DNA from: Atribacterota bacterium
Lineage (GTDB): Bacteria; Atribacterota; Phoenicimicrobiia; Phoenicimicrobiales; Stramentimicrobiaceae
NCBI GenBank assembly: GCA_040767965.1
Contig: JAXGNR010000012.1
Span: 1-56,237 of the forward strand
Direction: 5' to 3'
Length of the DNA stretch: 56,237 bases
The notes below the pieces were generated by a model that was not told where the DNA came from, did not search any database, and saw only the letters and a list, made by a program, of their open reading frames with translations. Shown in pieces: positions 41,342 to 50,822 of the stretch. The translations under genes and the position numbers were made by a program. Positions within the stretch are counted from its first letter, which is position 1, and each line of letters begins with the position of its first letter.

Positions 41342-42832
41342 TTATTTCTTTACTGCTTTATTCATTTTCAATCCAACAAAAATAGAAAATACAGAAAGAA
41401 TAATCATTACAATACAAATTGGTCTGGTGAAAAATATAGACCATTCTCCATGGCTTATCATTAAAGCACGTCTAAATCCTCTCTCAGCAATCGGTCCTAA
41501 GATGGCACCCAGCAGGATTGCCGGCATTGGGTATTTAGCTAAAGTTAAAAAATAACATATTGTACCTATCCCTATTGTTATCCATACATCAAAAAAATAT
41601 TGACGGGTTGCATATGAACCTAATAATGTTACCAGCAGCATGGCTGGTGTTAATATATACAAAGGAATATTAGCAATTCTAGCAAAAAAACGGCTAGCAT
41701 AGTAACCTAATCCAAACATAATGAAGTTTGCAAAAATTGTTGCTGCAATATAACTGTATGTAATGTCAGCATATCTTGTAAAAAGCTCATGACCCGGTAT
41801 TAAACCGTGAATCATTAAAGCCCCTAGCATAACAGCTGAAGCGGCATTGCCCGGAATCCCTAATGTCAATAAAGGAACCATGGAACCACCTTGAACAGCA
41901 TTATTAGCTGCCTCTGCAGCTACAATTCCTTCGGTTATCCCTGTTCCAAAATCATCTGGATTTTTCGAATTTCTTTTAGCTTCACTATAACCAATCCAGC
42001 AAGCAATATTCGCACCTGCTCCTGGAATAATACCAATAATTGTACCGATAATACTGGAACGTAATAAAGTTTTCCAATAGCTGATAATTTCTTTAAATGA
42101 AACACTGTGCCCTATTTTTCCTCCCAGCTCACCACTTAAACTCACCTGTTTATTTTGAAAACTTTCTTTAATCATCATCATACACCTGGGAAAAGCAAAT
42201 AAAGAAAGGATTAAAGGAATCATTGGGATACCATCATACAAATACATTTGTTGAAAAGTAAATCGGCTTGCCCCAGCGATTGCATCAATACCAACTGTAC
42301 TCAACAATAAACCAAAAACACCTGCCAGCAACCCTTTTATAATTGATCTGCCAGCAAGAGAAGCAATTAATGTTAATCCAAAGATTGCTAATACAAAATA
42401 TTCAGCTGGTCCAAACATAACTGTAACCTTTGCCAGTATAGGGGAAAAAAATAAAAGAACTATTCCACCAAATATTCCACCTATTGTTGAAGCTATAATG
42501 GAAGTTGTCAGAGCCTTTTGTCCTTGCCCTTTTCTAGTCATTGCTAATCCATCAGCAACTGTTGCAGCTGCTGCTGAAGTTCCTGGCACTCCTACCATTA
42601 TTGCAGTAATACTGCCACCATAAATCGCCCCGGCATAAACTGCTGCCAACATTGGTAAAGCTACATTTGGATTCATACCAAAAGTAAAAGGTATTAACAA
42701 TGCCATAGCCAAAGCCGCCCCAAATCCTGGTAGGGCGCCTGCGAGGATACCCCATGATACCCCAATAACCATAAACATTATTGTATAAAAATTAAATAAA
42801 TTCGCTACCCCATTTAAAAAATAATTTATCAT
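41342..42832 (-). CDS. tctA: Tripartite tricarboxylate transporter TctA
   Basis: GALPG, YGGSI..PGT, EAANNA, LTLGIPG. Confidence 0.93.
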   Translation of the reverse strand: MINYFLNGVANLFNFYTIMFMVIGVSWGILAGALPGFGAALAMALLIPFTFGMNPNVALPMLAAVYAGAIYGGSITAIMVGVPGTSAAAATVADGLAMTRKGQGQKALTTSIIASTIGGIFGGIVLLFFSPILAKVTVMFGPAEYFVLAIFGLTLIASLAGRSIIKGLLAGVFGLLLSTVGIDAIAGASRFTFQQMYLYDGIPMIPLILSLFAFPRCMMMIKESFQNKQVSLSGELGGKIGHSVSFKEIISYWKTLLRSSIIGTIIGIIPGAGANIACWIGYSEAKRNSKNPDDFGTGITEGIVAAEAANNAVQGGSMVPLLTLGIPGNAASAVMLGALMIHGLIPGHELFTRYADITYSYIAATIFANFIMFGLGYYASRFFARIANIPLYILTPAMLLVTLLGSYATRQYFFDVWITIGIGTICYFLTLAKYPMPAILLGAILGPIAERGFRRALMISHGEWSIFFTRPICIVMIILSVFSIFVGLKMNKAVKK

Positions 42833-42896
42833 TTATAATTAATCCTCACTGTAATAAATATTACCTATTTATTCTTCAAAAATCAAAAATAAGCTA

Positions 42897-43403
42897 TTAG
42901 AACATTTTTTCTATTAATAATGGTAATCTCAAATTTAGTCCATATTTAAATAACAAAACAATAGCAAAAGGAACTAATATTGCCAGATACAATTTTCCAA
43001 GAGCTTCTTTTTTGTTCATAAATAGCATAATTACCAACATGGCAATAAATGAGCTTAAGTCAAATCCAATATATTGAAAACCTATCAGAAACAACACACA
43101 GATCAGAACTAGAATAATTGGATAAAATTCATAATAATTATTAATTTTTTTTACTTTTATATTACTTTTGTTAGTTATATTTTCTTTTTTCTTTTCTGTC
43201 TTTTCTATTTGTAATTCTTTTCTGCTTTTAAAATTGAAATAAACTAATAAAAAGCATAAAAAAAACATAAGATAAGTTAAAAGTTGCGGAAATAAAGCTG
43301 AAGCAACTCTTAGATTACTAGACTGATTTAACACAATTAAACCTAATAATACAAATCCTAAATATATACAAAGATCTAAATTTATTTCATTTATTTTTTT
43401 CAT
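42897..43403 (-). CDS. tctB: Tripartite tricarboxylate transporter TctB
   Basis: Small protein with 4-5 TM segments, ALFP and L.LP motifs, between tctC and tctA. Confidence 0.8.
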   Translation of the reverse strand: MKKINEINLDLCIYLGFVLLGLIVLNQSSNLRVASALFPQLLTYLMFFLCFLLVYFNFKSRKELQIEKTEKKKENITNKSNIKVKKINNYYEFYPIILVLICVLFLIGFQYIGFDLSSFIAMLVIMLFMNKKEALGKLYLAILVPFAIVLLFKYGLNLRLPLLIEKMF

Positions 43404-43422
43404 AAATAATCCCTTTTAAATA

Positions 43423-43468
43423 TTTTCCGGGAATAAATTATAGCTTAATAAAAATTATTCCCGGAAAA
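43423..43468 (-). terminator. Intercistronic hairpin after tctC
   Basis: ttttccgggaataa / ttattcccggaaaa. Confidence 0.65.
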
Positions 43469-43489
43469 ATTTTCCTATTAATTTATACC

Positions 43490-44479
43490 TTAATTTGCTG
43501 CTTCCAGAATTTTCTTTGTATTATCCTGTAATTCAGATAAATGATTTTTAAATTCAGGGCCATTTAAATAACCTAATGTTGATTTTATACCAATCTTTTC
43601 CGCTTCTATCAGGAATTGAGGATCTTCTAATACTTCCTTTAAAGTTTTGCTTAGAATTTCAACATATTCCTCTGGAGTTCCGTTAGGAGCAGCCAAACCT
43701 CTATCTGAACCTACTTCAAAAGCATAACCTAATTCTCTATAGGTTGGTACATCTGGTAAAAACTCCATCCTTTGGTTACCGGCTACAGCCAAACATTTTA
43801 CCTGTCCAGCTTCAATTTGAGGTTGCCATTCAGTGGAACCGCTAGTTCCTACATCAATATGTTTTCCCAGAATTGCAGAGCGTGTTTCTGAAACTCCATC
43901 AAAAGGAATATAGCTAAATTTGGCACCAGAAACATCTTCTAATAATGCAGCATGAATATGATGAGTGCCCCATAGTAGTGTTCCTCCTATATTTACTCTA
44001 CCAGGATTTTCTTTTGCATAAGCAACCAGATCATCAATTGAATTAAATGGACTATCAATTGGAACTACTGCTGCAGATGGGTCATATTGAATTCTACCGA
44101 TTGGGGAAAAATCATCTTTAAAATTAAAATCAACCCCGTCTCTTGTTAACTCCATAGTGACTATACTCATAGTGGTGATAGAGCCAATTGTATAGCCATC
44201 AGGCTCAGCCATTGCTAAAGTAGTATAACCAATCTGCCCTCCTGCTCCGGAGTAATCTTCTACTATAAAATTAACTCCCAATTTTTCTCCCATAAATCTT
44301 GTGACCAATCTAATCATAGTATCAGTGCCCCCACCAGGGGATACATGCACAATTACTTTAATATCCCTTTCAGGATAAGCAGCCAATACAGGAGAAGATA
44401 TTCCCATTAAAAAACAAACTAAAATAACCATTAAAGCTATTGAATACAATATTTTTTTAAACATACTTATTACCTCCAT
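43490..44479 (-). CDS. tctC: Tripartite tricarboxylate transporter substrate-binding protein TctC
   Basis: YPERDI..PGGGTD, GAGGQIG, PDGYT, PDVPT..ELG. Confidence 0.92.
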   Translation of the reverse strand: MEVISMFKKILYSIALMVILVCFLMGISSPVLAAYPERDIKVIVHVSPGGGTDTMIRLVTRFMGEKLGVNFIVEDYSGAGGQIGYTTLAMAEPDGYTIGSITTMSIVTMELTRDGVDFNFKDDFSPIGRIQYDPSAAVVPIDSPFNSIDDLVAYAKENPGRVNIGGTLLWGTHHIHAALLEDVSGAKFSYIPFDGVSETRSAILGKHIDVGTSGSTEWQPQIEAGQVKCLAVAGNQRMEFLPDVPTYRELGYAFEVGSDRGLAAPNGTPEEYVEILSKTLKEVLEDPQFLIEAEKIGIKSTLGYLNGPEFKNHLSELQDNTKKILEAAN

Positions 44480-44552
44480 TACTTATTTTTTAACTTCTTT
44501 AATTTTATTTAAATTTTTATTTTTTGCACACCTCCTTTTATTGAAAAATATT

Positions 44553-45329
44553 TTATTTAAATTTTTTAACAGTACCTTCCCAGGCATTTCTTAGGATTGT
44601 GTAATCATGACCAATCTCAATCATCTGACAGCCCATATCAATATATTTTTGAGCTTCTTCTTCCCAGGGATAACCAACTCCAATCATAACATGTTTTCCG
44701 TTATTTTTAGCTGCCTTAATAGTTTTTTTAAGAGCATCCTGTACATCAGGATGGTTTTTTTGAGGAGCAGGCAATCCCATATTCAGTGAGAAATCTGCCG
44801 GACCAAATAAAACAAAATCCAATCCTTCTAATGACATAATATTATCAATATCCTGTACTGCTTTTGGATCTTCTATCATTACACCAACTAATAATTCTCT
44901 ATTGCTCCATTTAATCCATTCTTCTCCAGCCCTGGTACCAAAGCCTGATGAAAACACATTACCGCTATAACCTCTTTCTCCAGCAGGTGGAAATTTTGCA
45001 GCATTAATTATTTCTTTTACTTCTTCGCTGTTTTGTATATCCGGGATTATAAAACCCATTGCTCCAATTTCATATATTTTTCTTATTAAATATGGATTAT
45101 TCTTATCAATTCTAGGCAAGGCAGCTATATCTCCAACAACAGCAGCTCTCATCATATGTTCCATACTCTGATCCTGTCTCCAGGCATGCTCATTTTCTAT
45201 CCGGCAAAAATCCAATCCACAATATCCAGCCAGTTCTACCAGATTTGGACTGAAAACATTAATACAAGTACCAAATGCAACCTTTCCATCTTTTAGGGTC
45301 TGTTTTAATTTATTAGGTTTTAATTCCAT
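44553..45329 (-). CDS. HpcH/HpaI class II pyruvate aldolase
   Basis: ENEH, KFPPAGERG, MIE, FGPADFS. Confidence 0.9.
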   Translation of the reverse strand: MELKPNKLKQTLKDGKVAFGTCINVFSPNLVELAGYCGLDFCRIENEHAWRQDQSMEHMMRAAVVGDIAALPRIDKNNPYLIRKIYEIGAMGFIIPDIQNSEEVKEIINAAKFPPAGERGYSGNVFSSGFGTRAGEEWIKWSNRELLVGVMIEDPKAVQDIDNIMSLEGLDFVLFGPADFSLNMGLPAPQKNHPDVQDALKKTIKAAKNNGKHVMIGVGYPWEEEAQKYIDMGCQMIEIGHDYTILRNAWEGTVKKFK

Positions 45330-45350
45330 TTTTATTACCTTTCCTTTAAA

Positions 45351-46241
45351 TTATTTTTTTTCGTAAAAAACGACTTTTTTATCTATTAATATTTTTTCTT
45401 CTTTCTCCAGTCTCTTTATCGCTTCTTCCCTGTTTAGAGAAAATACACCAGCAATAATAGCATCGGCCAAAGCCATTAAAGTAACATTTGAATTATGAAA
45501 TGTAGCACTTTGTGTATTTGCTAATAGGCTTAGCTTAGAAATTTGATAGAGTGGAGACAAATGGCTATCAGTAACAGAAATGACAGTTATTCCTCTTTTA
45601 TAAGCATATTGAGCAAACTCAACAGTAATTGAGGTATAACGAGGTATACCTATTGCAATAATTATATCTTTTTCATTTAATTCTGGAAATATGTCATAAT
45701 ATCCATAATCACAATTATTTAAAAAGATAACATCAGAAACAATTTTTTTTAATTCAAAATATAAAAAATGACCTACAGAAAATGAACTTCGATTAGCAAT
45801 AATAATTTTTTTTCTTGCAGAAAATATAATTTCTGAAAATTCTTTAATTTTTTTATAATCTGTATTATTTATTAAATTAAACATATTCTCATAAGATTTA
45901 TTTAATGAAATCTGGATAATGTTTTTTTCTTTATGATTTTTATAATTTTTTGCCTTTGCTAATTGCCCTGAAAACTTCATTTCTTCGATAACAAACTTAC
46001 CTAAATCTTTTTGAAATTCAGGATAACCTTTGTAACCAATGCTTTTTACAAAACGAATCAATGTGGAAGAATCTGCTTTTATTTTTCCAGCAATATTATA
46101 AGCAGACAAAAAAGGAACTTCAAATTTGTTGGCAATTATATATCTAACGAAGCGCTTTTGTGTTTTTGTAAATTTATTATAATTTTCTTCTAAGAGTTGA
46201 AAAATATTCTCATTTTTCTCTATATGCATTTTATTTACCAT
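45351..46241 (-). CDS. RpiR/MurR-family transcription regulator
   Basis: STLIRFVKSIGYKGY HTH plus SIS domain (SVTDSHLSPL). Confidence 0.9.
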   Translation of the reverse strand: MVNKMHIEKNENIFQLLEENYNKFTKTQKRFVRYIIANKFEVPFLSAYNIAGKIKADSSTLIRFVKSIGYKGYPEFQKDLGKFVIEEMKFSGQLAKAKNYKNHKEKNIIQISLNKSYENMFNLINNTDYKKIKEFSEIIFSARKKIIIANRSSFSVGHFLYFELKKIVSDVIFLNNCDYGYYDIFPELNEKDIIIAIGIPRYTSITVEFAQYAYKRGITVISVTDSHLSPLYQISKLSLLANTQSATFHNSNVTLMALADAIIAGVFSLNREEAIKRLEKEEKILIDKKVVFYEKK

Positions 46242-46245
46242 TTAT

Positions 46246-46296
46246 GCAATATATATTGTTTTTATAAATATTAACAATCTACATTGCTATTGTCAA
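46246..46296 (-). promoter_or_regulatory. Promoter with two palindromic operators upstream of the RpiR gene
   Basis: TTGACA-17 bp-TAATAT; RCAAT-N4-ATTGY palindromes at 46274-46287 (in the spacer) and 46246-46259. Confidence 0.6.
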
Positions 46297-46329
46297 TATT
46301 TATCCTGATCTAAAATTTTTCTAAAAAAT

Positions 46330-46365
46330 AAAAAAGAAACTTATCACAAAGACAGTTTCTTTTTT
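46330..46365 (-). terminator. Intrinsic terminator
   Basis: aaaaaagaaact / agtttctttttt. Confidence 0.65.
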
Positions 46366-46392
46366 TGCAGTTTAAAAAGATGGCTATAAAAC

Positions 46393-46986
46393 TTATTTCA
46401 CCAGATCTTTTCCCAGCCCAAAGGCTTTTTCAAGGTACTCCGGACAATTCTTGGCTCCTTCTTTATAATCTGATTTTTTAACGACCAGAGTGTCCATCAG
46501 TTCAATATTGGCAAAATATTTACACCATATACTAACAGGTACTAAGGCATGTTTAGGATTTGTTGATATATTGGCAACCCAGATAAAAAGAGCTTTTTTT
46601 CTTTTTTTTAGCCTGGATTTGAAATTTAATTTGTTATCTGGTAGGGTTATCATTTCTGCAAGGCAATTTGATCTGTCAATTACTGTTTTTAATTGAGCAC
46701 AAATTGTGCCAAAATAAGCAGGTGCTCCGATAATTAAATAATCTGCATTTTCTAGAATATCATAAATTATATCCATTCCATCATGAAAAAAACAATACTC
46801 AGGAGCAGGAAACCTTTCGCAGGCCTGACAGGGAATCATCTTGAGATCATTCAAATAAATTTTCTCAACATCAGATCCCGCTTCTTGAGCACCTTCTAGT
46901 GCTTTGGTAACCATAGTATCAGTATTCATCCCTTTTCTTGGACTACCTATAATGCCAACTGTTTTAAATGTCATTTTCTTCTCCAA
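46393..46986 (-). CDS. Iron-sulfur flavoprotein / NADPH-dependent FMN reductase family
   Basis: GSPRKGMNT, CQACE...C, PAYFG..AQLKTVIDR. Confidence 0.85.
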   Translation of the reverse strand: MEKKMTFKTVGIIGSPRKGMNTDTMVTKALEGAQEAGSDVEKIYLNDLKMIPCQACERFPAPEYCFFHDGMDIIYDILENADYLIIGAPAYFGTICAQLKTVIDRSNCLAEMITLPDNKLNFKSRLKKRKKALFIWVANISTNPKHALVPVSIWCKYFANIELMDTLVVKKSDYKEGAKNCPEYLEKAFGLGKDLVK

Positions 46987-46999
46987 TATTTTAATTTTT

Positions 47000-47944
47000 C
47001 TATATTATATTTAATTTCGTACATATTTCCTCAATAGTGGGGATAGTTATTTGCAGTTCATTCGACATACGGATTAAGGTTCCACCAAAGATATCCCCTT
47101 CATGTCTCCCTGTCCCTTTTTCATAGTCCCTTTGAAAAGATGTTTTGGTATCAAAAGGAAAATTGTTTGCTATTTTCAAAACATTTTCCAAAATATTTTC
47201 TTTAAATCTAATTTTTTTTGCCTGGCCAATTCTGATTACTTCCTGGATAATATTTATAGTTATTTTTTTTAGTTCTGCATCTGCCATTACCTCTCCGATT
47301 GTTTTATCAGCATAAGCAGTTATTAAACTAAAAGGGGCAATAAAAATATATTTTTCCCAGACTATCTCAGATATGTTTTCAGTCATTGAAGCATTTATTT
47401 CCATCAGTTGAAAAAAATTGTTAATTTTTTGATAATCATAATTTTTCATTTCCTGATCCTGACCAAAAAATATTTTGCCTGCTGGTCCTTTTTGTCTGAC
47501 TACTGCCGGTTTTTCAATGCTGGAGGAAATATAAACACAGGCTGGCAAAACAACTGTATCTGGTAAATTTTCTTTTACACGGTCATAGATGTCAATACCA
47601 TTTAACAAGGGAAGTACTATAGTTTGTGGTGAGATATTTTTTGAAATTGAAATAGCTGCTTCATTTAAATCATATCCTTTCACGCAAAGCAGGTAAAGGT
47701 CAGGTGTGGGAATTTGGGTTATGTTATCTGTAGAAAGATGAGGAACACTTGTTGTTTCCCCATCATCAGTTATAAGTTTAAGCCCTTTTTGATGAAGTGC
47801 CAGTAAGTTCTCTCCCCGACTTATAAAGGAAACTTTTAGATCATTGTAGTTCCCAGTGTTTATTTTATGGGCAATTTTCCCACCAAAATAGCCTCCTACT
47901 CCTCCAATACCGTATATACAAATATTTTTAATTTTTTTTGTCAT
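47000..47944 (-). CDS. panE: Ketopantoate reductase family
   Basis: GIGGVGG, CVKGY, LLNG, WEKY, TSFQRD. Confidence 0.85.
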   Translation of the reverse strand: MTKKIKNICIYGIGGVGGYFGGKIAHKINTGNYNDLKVSFISRGENLLALHQKGLKLITDDGETTSVPHLSTDNITQIPTPDLYLLCVKGYDLNEAAISISKNISPQTIVLPLLNGIDIYDRVKENLPDTVVLPACVYISSSIEKPAVVRQKGPAGKIFFGQDQEMKNYDYQKINNFFQLMEINASMTENISEIVWEKYIFIAPFSLITAYADKTIGEVMADAELKKITINIIQEVIRIGQAKKIRFKENILENVLKIANNFPFDTKTSFQRDYEKGTGRHEGDIFGGTLIRMSNELQITIPTIEEICTKLNII

Positions 47945-47959
47945 CTATTTTCTCCTGAA

Positions 47960-48796
47960 TTAATTATAATTTTGAATATTTTTTTGAAGAAAAGAAATTA
48001 TTTTTTGCAATAAATCAATGCCCAGATAAGGGCTATTGACTTCTATCACTAAATTTCTTTTATATTTATTTTTTTGCAGTACTGCAAAAAAATTAAGCCA
48101 ATCCAAATCACCTTCCCCGGGAGGAAGATGACAGTCCTTTCTACTATCAACTATACCGTCAGAAACATGAATGCCAACAGGCAGATTTTTTTCATTTAAT
48201 TCAGTCAGTATAGATTGTATTTGTTTATTTACAAAGCAATGAGAAATATCCAAGCAGGTTTTTATATTTGGCTGCTTGAGAATTTTAATTATCTCTAAAG
48301 ACATTTCCCAGTTACACCCGGATGGCCAACCCTGGCTTGGAGGTAGATTTTCAAATGCTAAATCGAGGCCATACACTCCGGCTTCTTTACCCATCTTCAG
48401 CCATAGTGATAAGCTTTTTTTCAAAAGGTGAATTTCTTCTTTATCTCTTGTTATATTTTCTTCACCAGCAATTACAGGTGGGTGTATTACCAGATATTTT
48501 GCTTTATAAGCCTTTCCTTTTTTACAGCATTTCTGAAACTTCATAAAATAGCTTTCATATTCATCCTCTGAAATGATACAATCCTTCTTAAAAGGTGCAT
48601 GTAGTGATCCAACAATAATTCCAGCTGTTTCCATTTGTGGTAACAAGTTTTTAATTACTATTTCTACCCCAGTTTCAGCAAAGAAACCATCCTGGTCCCA
48701 TAATTCATAATTATTAATTTCTATACCATTATGCAGTTTCAACAGATCCTCAAGAGTTTTAATTTTTAAAAAACCTGTCGCTAAACTTAAATTTAT
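47960..48796 (-). CDS. Sugar phosphate isomerase/epimerase (xylose isomerase-like TIM barrel)
   Basis: SLHAP, VIHP, FENL, CLDISH, HVSD, HLPPGEG, VIE; frame stays open upstream of the 48742 TTG to an AGGAGG-preceded ATA at 48796. Confidence 0.82.
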   Translation of the reverse strand: MNLSLATGFLKIKTLEDLLKLHNGIEINNYELWDQDGFFAETGVEIVIKNLLPQMETAGIIVGSLHAPFKKDCIISEDEYESYFMKFQKCCKKGKAYKAKYLVIHPPVIAGEENITRDKEEIHLLKKSLSLWLKMGKEAGVYGLDLAFENLPPSQGWPSGCNWEMSLEIIKILKQPNIKTCLDISHCFVNKQIQSILTELNEKNLPVGIHVSDGIVDSRKDCHLPPGEGDLDWLNFFAVLQKNKYKRNLVIEVNSPYLGIDLLQKIISFLQKNIQNYN

Positions 48797-49253
48797 TTTT
48801 GGCCTCCTAAACCTAAATACGATATATTTTTCTAGAATTTTTTCATAAAAGAAATAATATCAAATTTGTGTTTTATTAACTTCATCTATTTTATCTACAA
48901 TACCAACATTAGATTTAATGATAATTTTGTATTTTATGCAGGGTGTTTATTATGCTAATTCCTAGTTTTTTAAATTATCTTAATCAGTAAAAAGATGCTG
49001 CTGTGTTTCAGGTATATCTTTCAGGTATATTTTGAATAGTTCATTCATTTTTTAGCCATCAACTTTGTAATTATTTTAGTCTAAACATCCTATGTTGTAA
49101 AGAAACTGCCTTTTAGAACCATTATTATACTTTTTATTTATATTGTTCAAAACAGGTCTTATTTTATTAATTGCTAATACTTATTTTTTCTAATTACTTA
49201 TTGATTTATTTAATTTTTTGCATGTGGTAAGATAAGTGATAATAATTTAATAA

Positions 49254-49660
49254 ATGGTCACTGCTTTTATGGAAGAAAATATTGTCTTTTTAATACTCAG
49301 TATAACTTTGATTTTTTTTGTCTGGGGAAAAATCCGTTATGATTTTGTGGCCTTAATTGCCCTTTTTGCAGTAATTGTTTTTAAGATTATTCCAGCAGAG
49401 AAAGCCTTCACAGGATTCGCTCATCCGGCAATAATTACAGTAGCAGCAGTAATGGTAGTCAGTCAGGGCCTTCAGGATTCTGGACTTATAGATTTAGTTG
49501 CCCGCTGGTTATTAAAGTTAGGAAATAATTTCTTTATAATACTCTGGTAATGAAACCAGGTGGCTACAAATTTAATGATTACTGGCGAATGGGTTTACCT
49601 TTGCAGATTTTTATTATAATAATTGCCATTCCTTTGATAATCCTTTTTTGGCATCCTTAA
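49254..49660 (+). pseudogene. SLC13/TrkA-C di/tricarboxylate permease remnant with a large internal deletion
   Basis: N-terminus RYDFVAL..AFTGFAHPAIITVAAV directly abuts the family's C-terminus NTLVMKPGGYKFNDYWRMGLPL in another frame. Confidence 0.8.
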
Positions 49661-49828
49661 TTTTTAAAATTGCACTCATTTTCCGTCTATAGCATAAAAA
49701 CAAATATTTTTTGTCATTGACTTTACTTTTTTTAAGGTTATAATGGTAAACGAGTTTTGTTGATTTTTAAAATTCAAAAAAATCTTCAAAAACTCTTTTT
49801 TTATAAGGAATTATAAGGAATTAATACT

Positions 49829-50503
49829 ATGAAAAAATATTATAAACGCTTTTTCTCTTTAATATTTGGACTTTTTTTATTTGCCTTTGGCATTGTACTT
49901 ACAATGAAAGCCAATATTGGTTATGCCCCCTGGGATGTATTCCAGGTCGGATTATCGAAAACTGTTGGCATAAGTCTAGGCAGTATATCTATCCTGGTGG
50001 GAGTTTTCCTGGTAATAATAACTGTATTGCTTGGCGAAAAAGTAGGATTTGGCAGTATTTTAAACATGATCCTGATTGGAGTATTTCTGGATATTATCCT
50101 TAAATTTAATCTAATACCGGAAAATAGTAATTTCTTAGCAGGTATTTTAATACTGATAGTTGGTTTATTTATTATTTCTCTTGCTTCCTATTTTTATATA
50201 GGATCTGGTTTAGGAGCCGGTCCCAGGGACAGCCTGATGGTAGCTATCACAAAAAAATCAAAACTTCCCATTGGTATGTGTCGGGGAATGATCGAGGCTA
50301 CTGTTGTTTTTATAGGATGGTTATTAGGTGGCATGGTGGGTTTAGGAACAGTGATAGCTGTTTTTGCAATTGGATTTTGTGTACAGATTACCTTCAAATT
50401 ATTACAATTTGATGTTACAAAAGTGGAACATGAAACCTTAGATAAAACATTTAAAAATATTTTCCATAAAAATTACCCGGAAAAAGAAATTATATCAAAA
50501 TAA
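49829..50503 (+). CDS. YczE/YyaS/YitT-family membrane protein
   Basis: GYAPWDVF, LGAGPRDSLM, GGMVGLGT. Confidence 0.85.
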   Translation: MKKYYKRFFSLIFGLFLFAFGIVLTMKANIGYAPWDVFQVGLSKTVGISLGSISILVGVFLVIITVLLGEKVGFGSILNMILIGVFLDIILKFNLIPENSNFLAGILILIVGLFIISLASYFYIGSGLGAGPRDSLMVAITKKSKLPIGMCRGMIEATVVFIGWLLGGMVGLGTVIAVFAIGFCVQITFKLLQFDVTKVEHETLDKTFKNIFHKNYPEKEIISK

Positions 50504-50528
50504 ACAAAAAATTTTACCCATAATCTAT

Positions 50529-50566
50529 AAAAAATAAGCCTCCCTTTTGGGGAGGCTTATTTTTTT
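50529..50566. terminator. Bidirectional intrinsic terminator
   Basis: aaaaaataagcctccc-tttt-ggggaggcttatttttt. Confidence 0.9.
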
Positions 50567-50634
50567 AGTTAGGAGGTCTAAAAATGAAAAAGTTATTTGT
50601 TGGTTGGTTGGTTTGCTTTTTCAATTTTCAAACT
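50529..50634 (-). ncRNA. Candidate ~105-nt sRNA with an anti-Shine-Dalgarno motif
   Basis: Minus-strand TTGACA (50663-50668) and TGnTAAAAT promoter, no annotated gene between it and the terminator, CCTCCT just before the terminator. Confidence 0.45.
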
Positions 50635-50725
50635 TTCTATATTTTAACATGAATAATTTTATTGTCAACCGACTTCTAAAAAATTTTTTTTGATTTTTTC
50701 ATAATTATCTATTATGATATTAAAT

Positions 50726-50739
50726 AGAACATATGTTTG
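50726..50739 (+). promoter_or_regulatory. LexA SOS box (Gram-positive type)
   Basis: AGAACATATGTTTG matches GAAC-N4-GTTY, just after a TATGAT -10, upstream of the helicase. Confidence 0.7.
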
Positions 50740-50822
50740 CTTTTTATAAGCAGGAAATTTACCTGGAAACAAAGAAAAATCCAATTAATAATCAATAAAT
50801 ATGATAAATATTGTAGGCAGAA

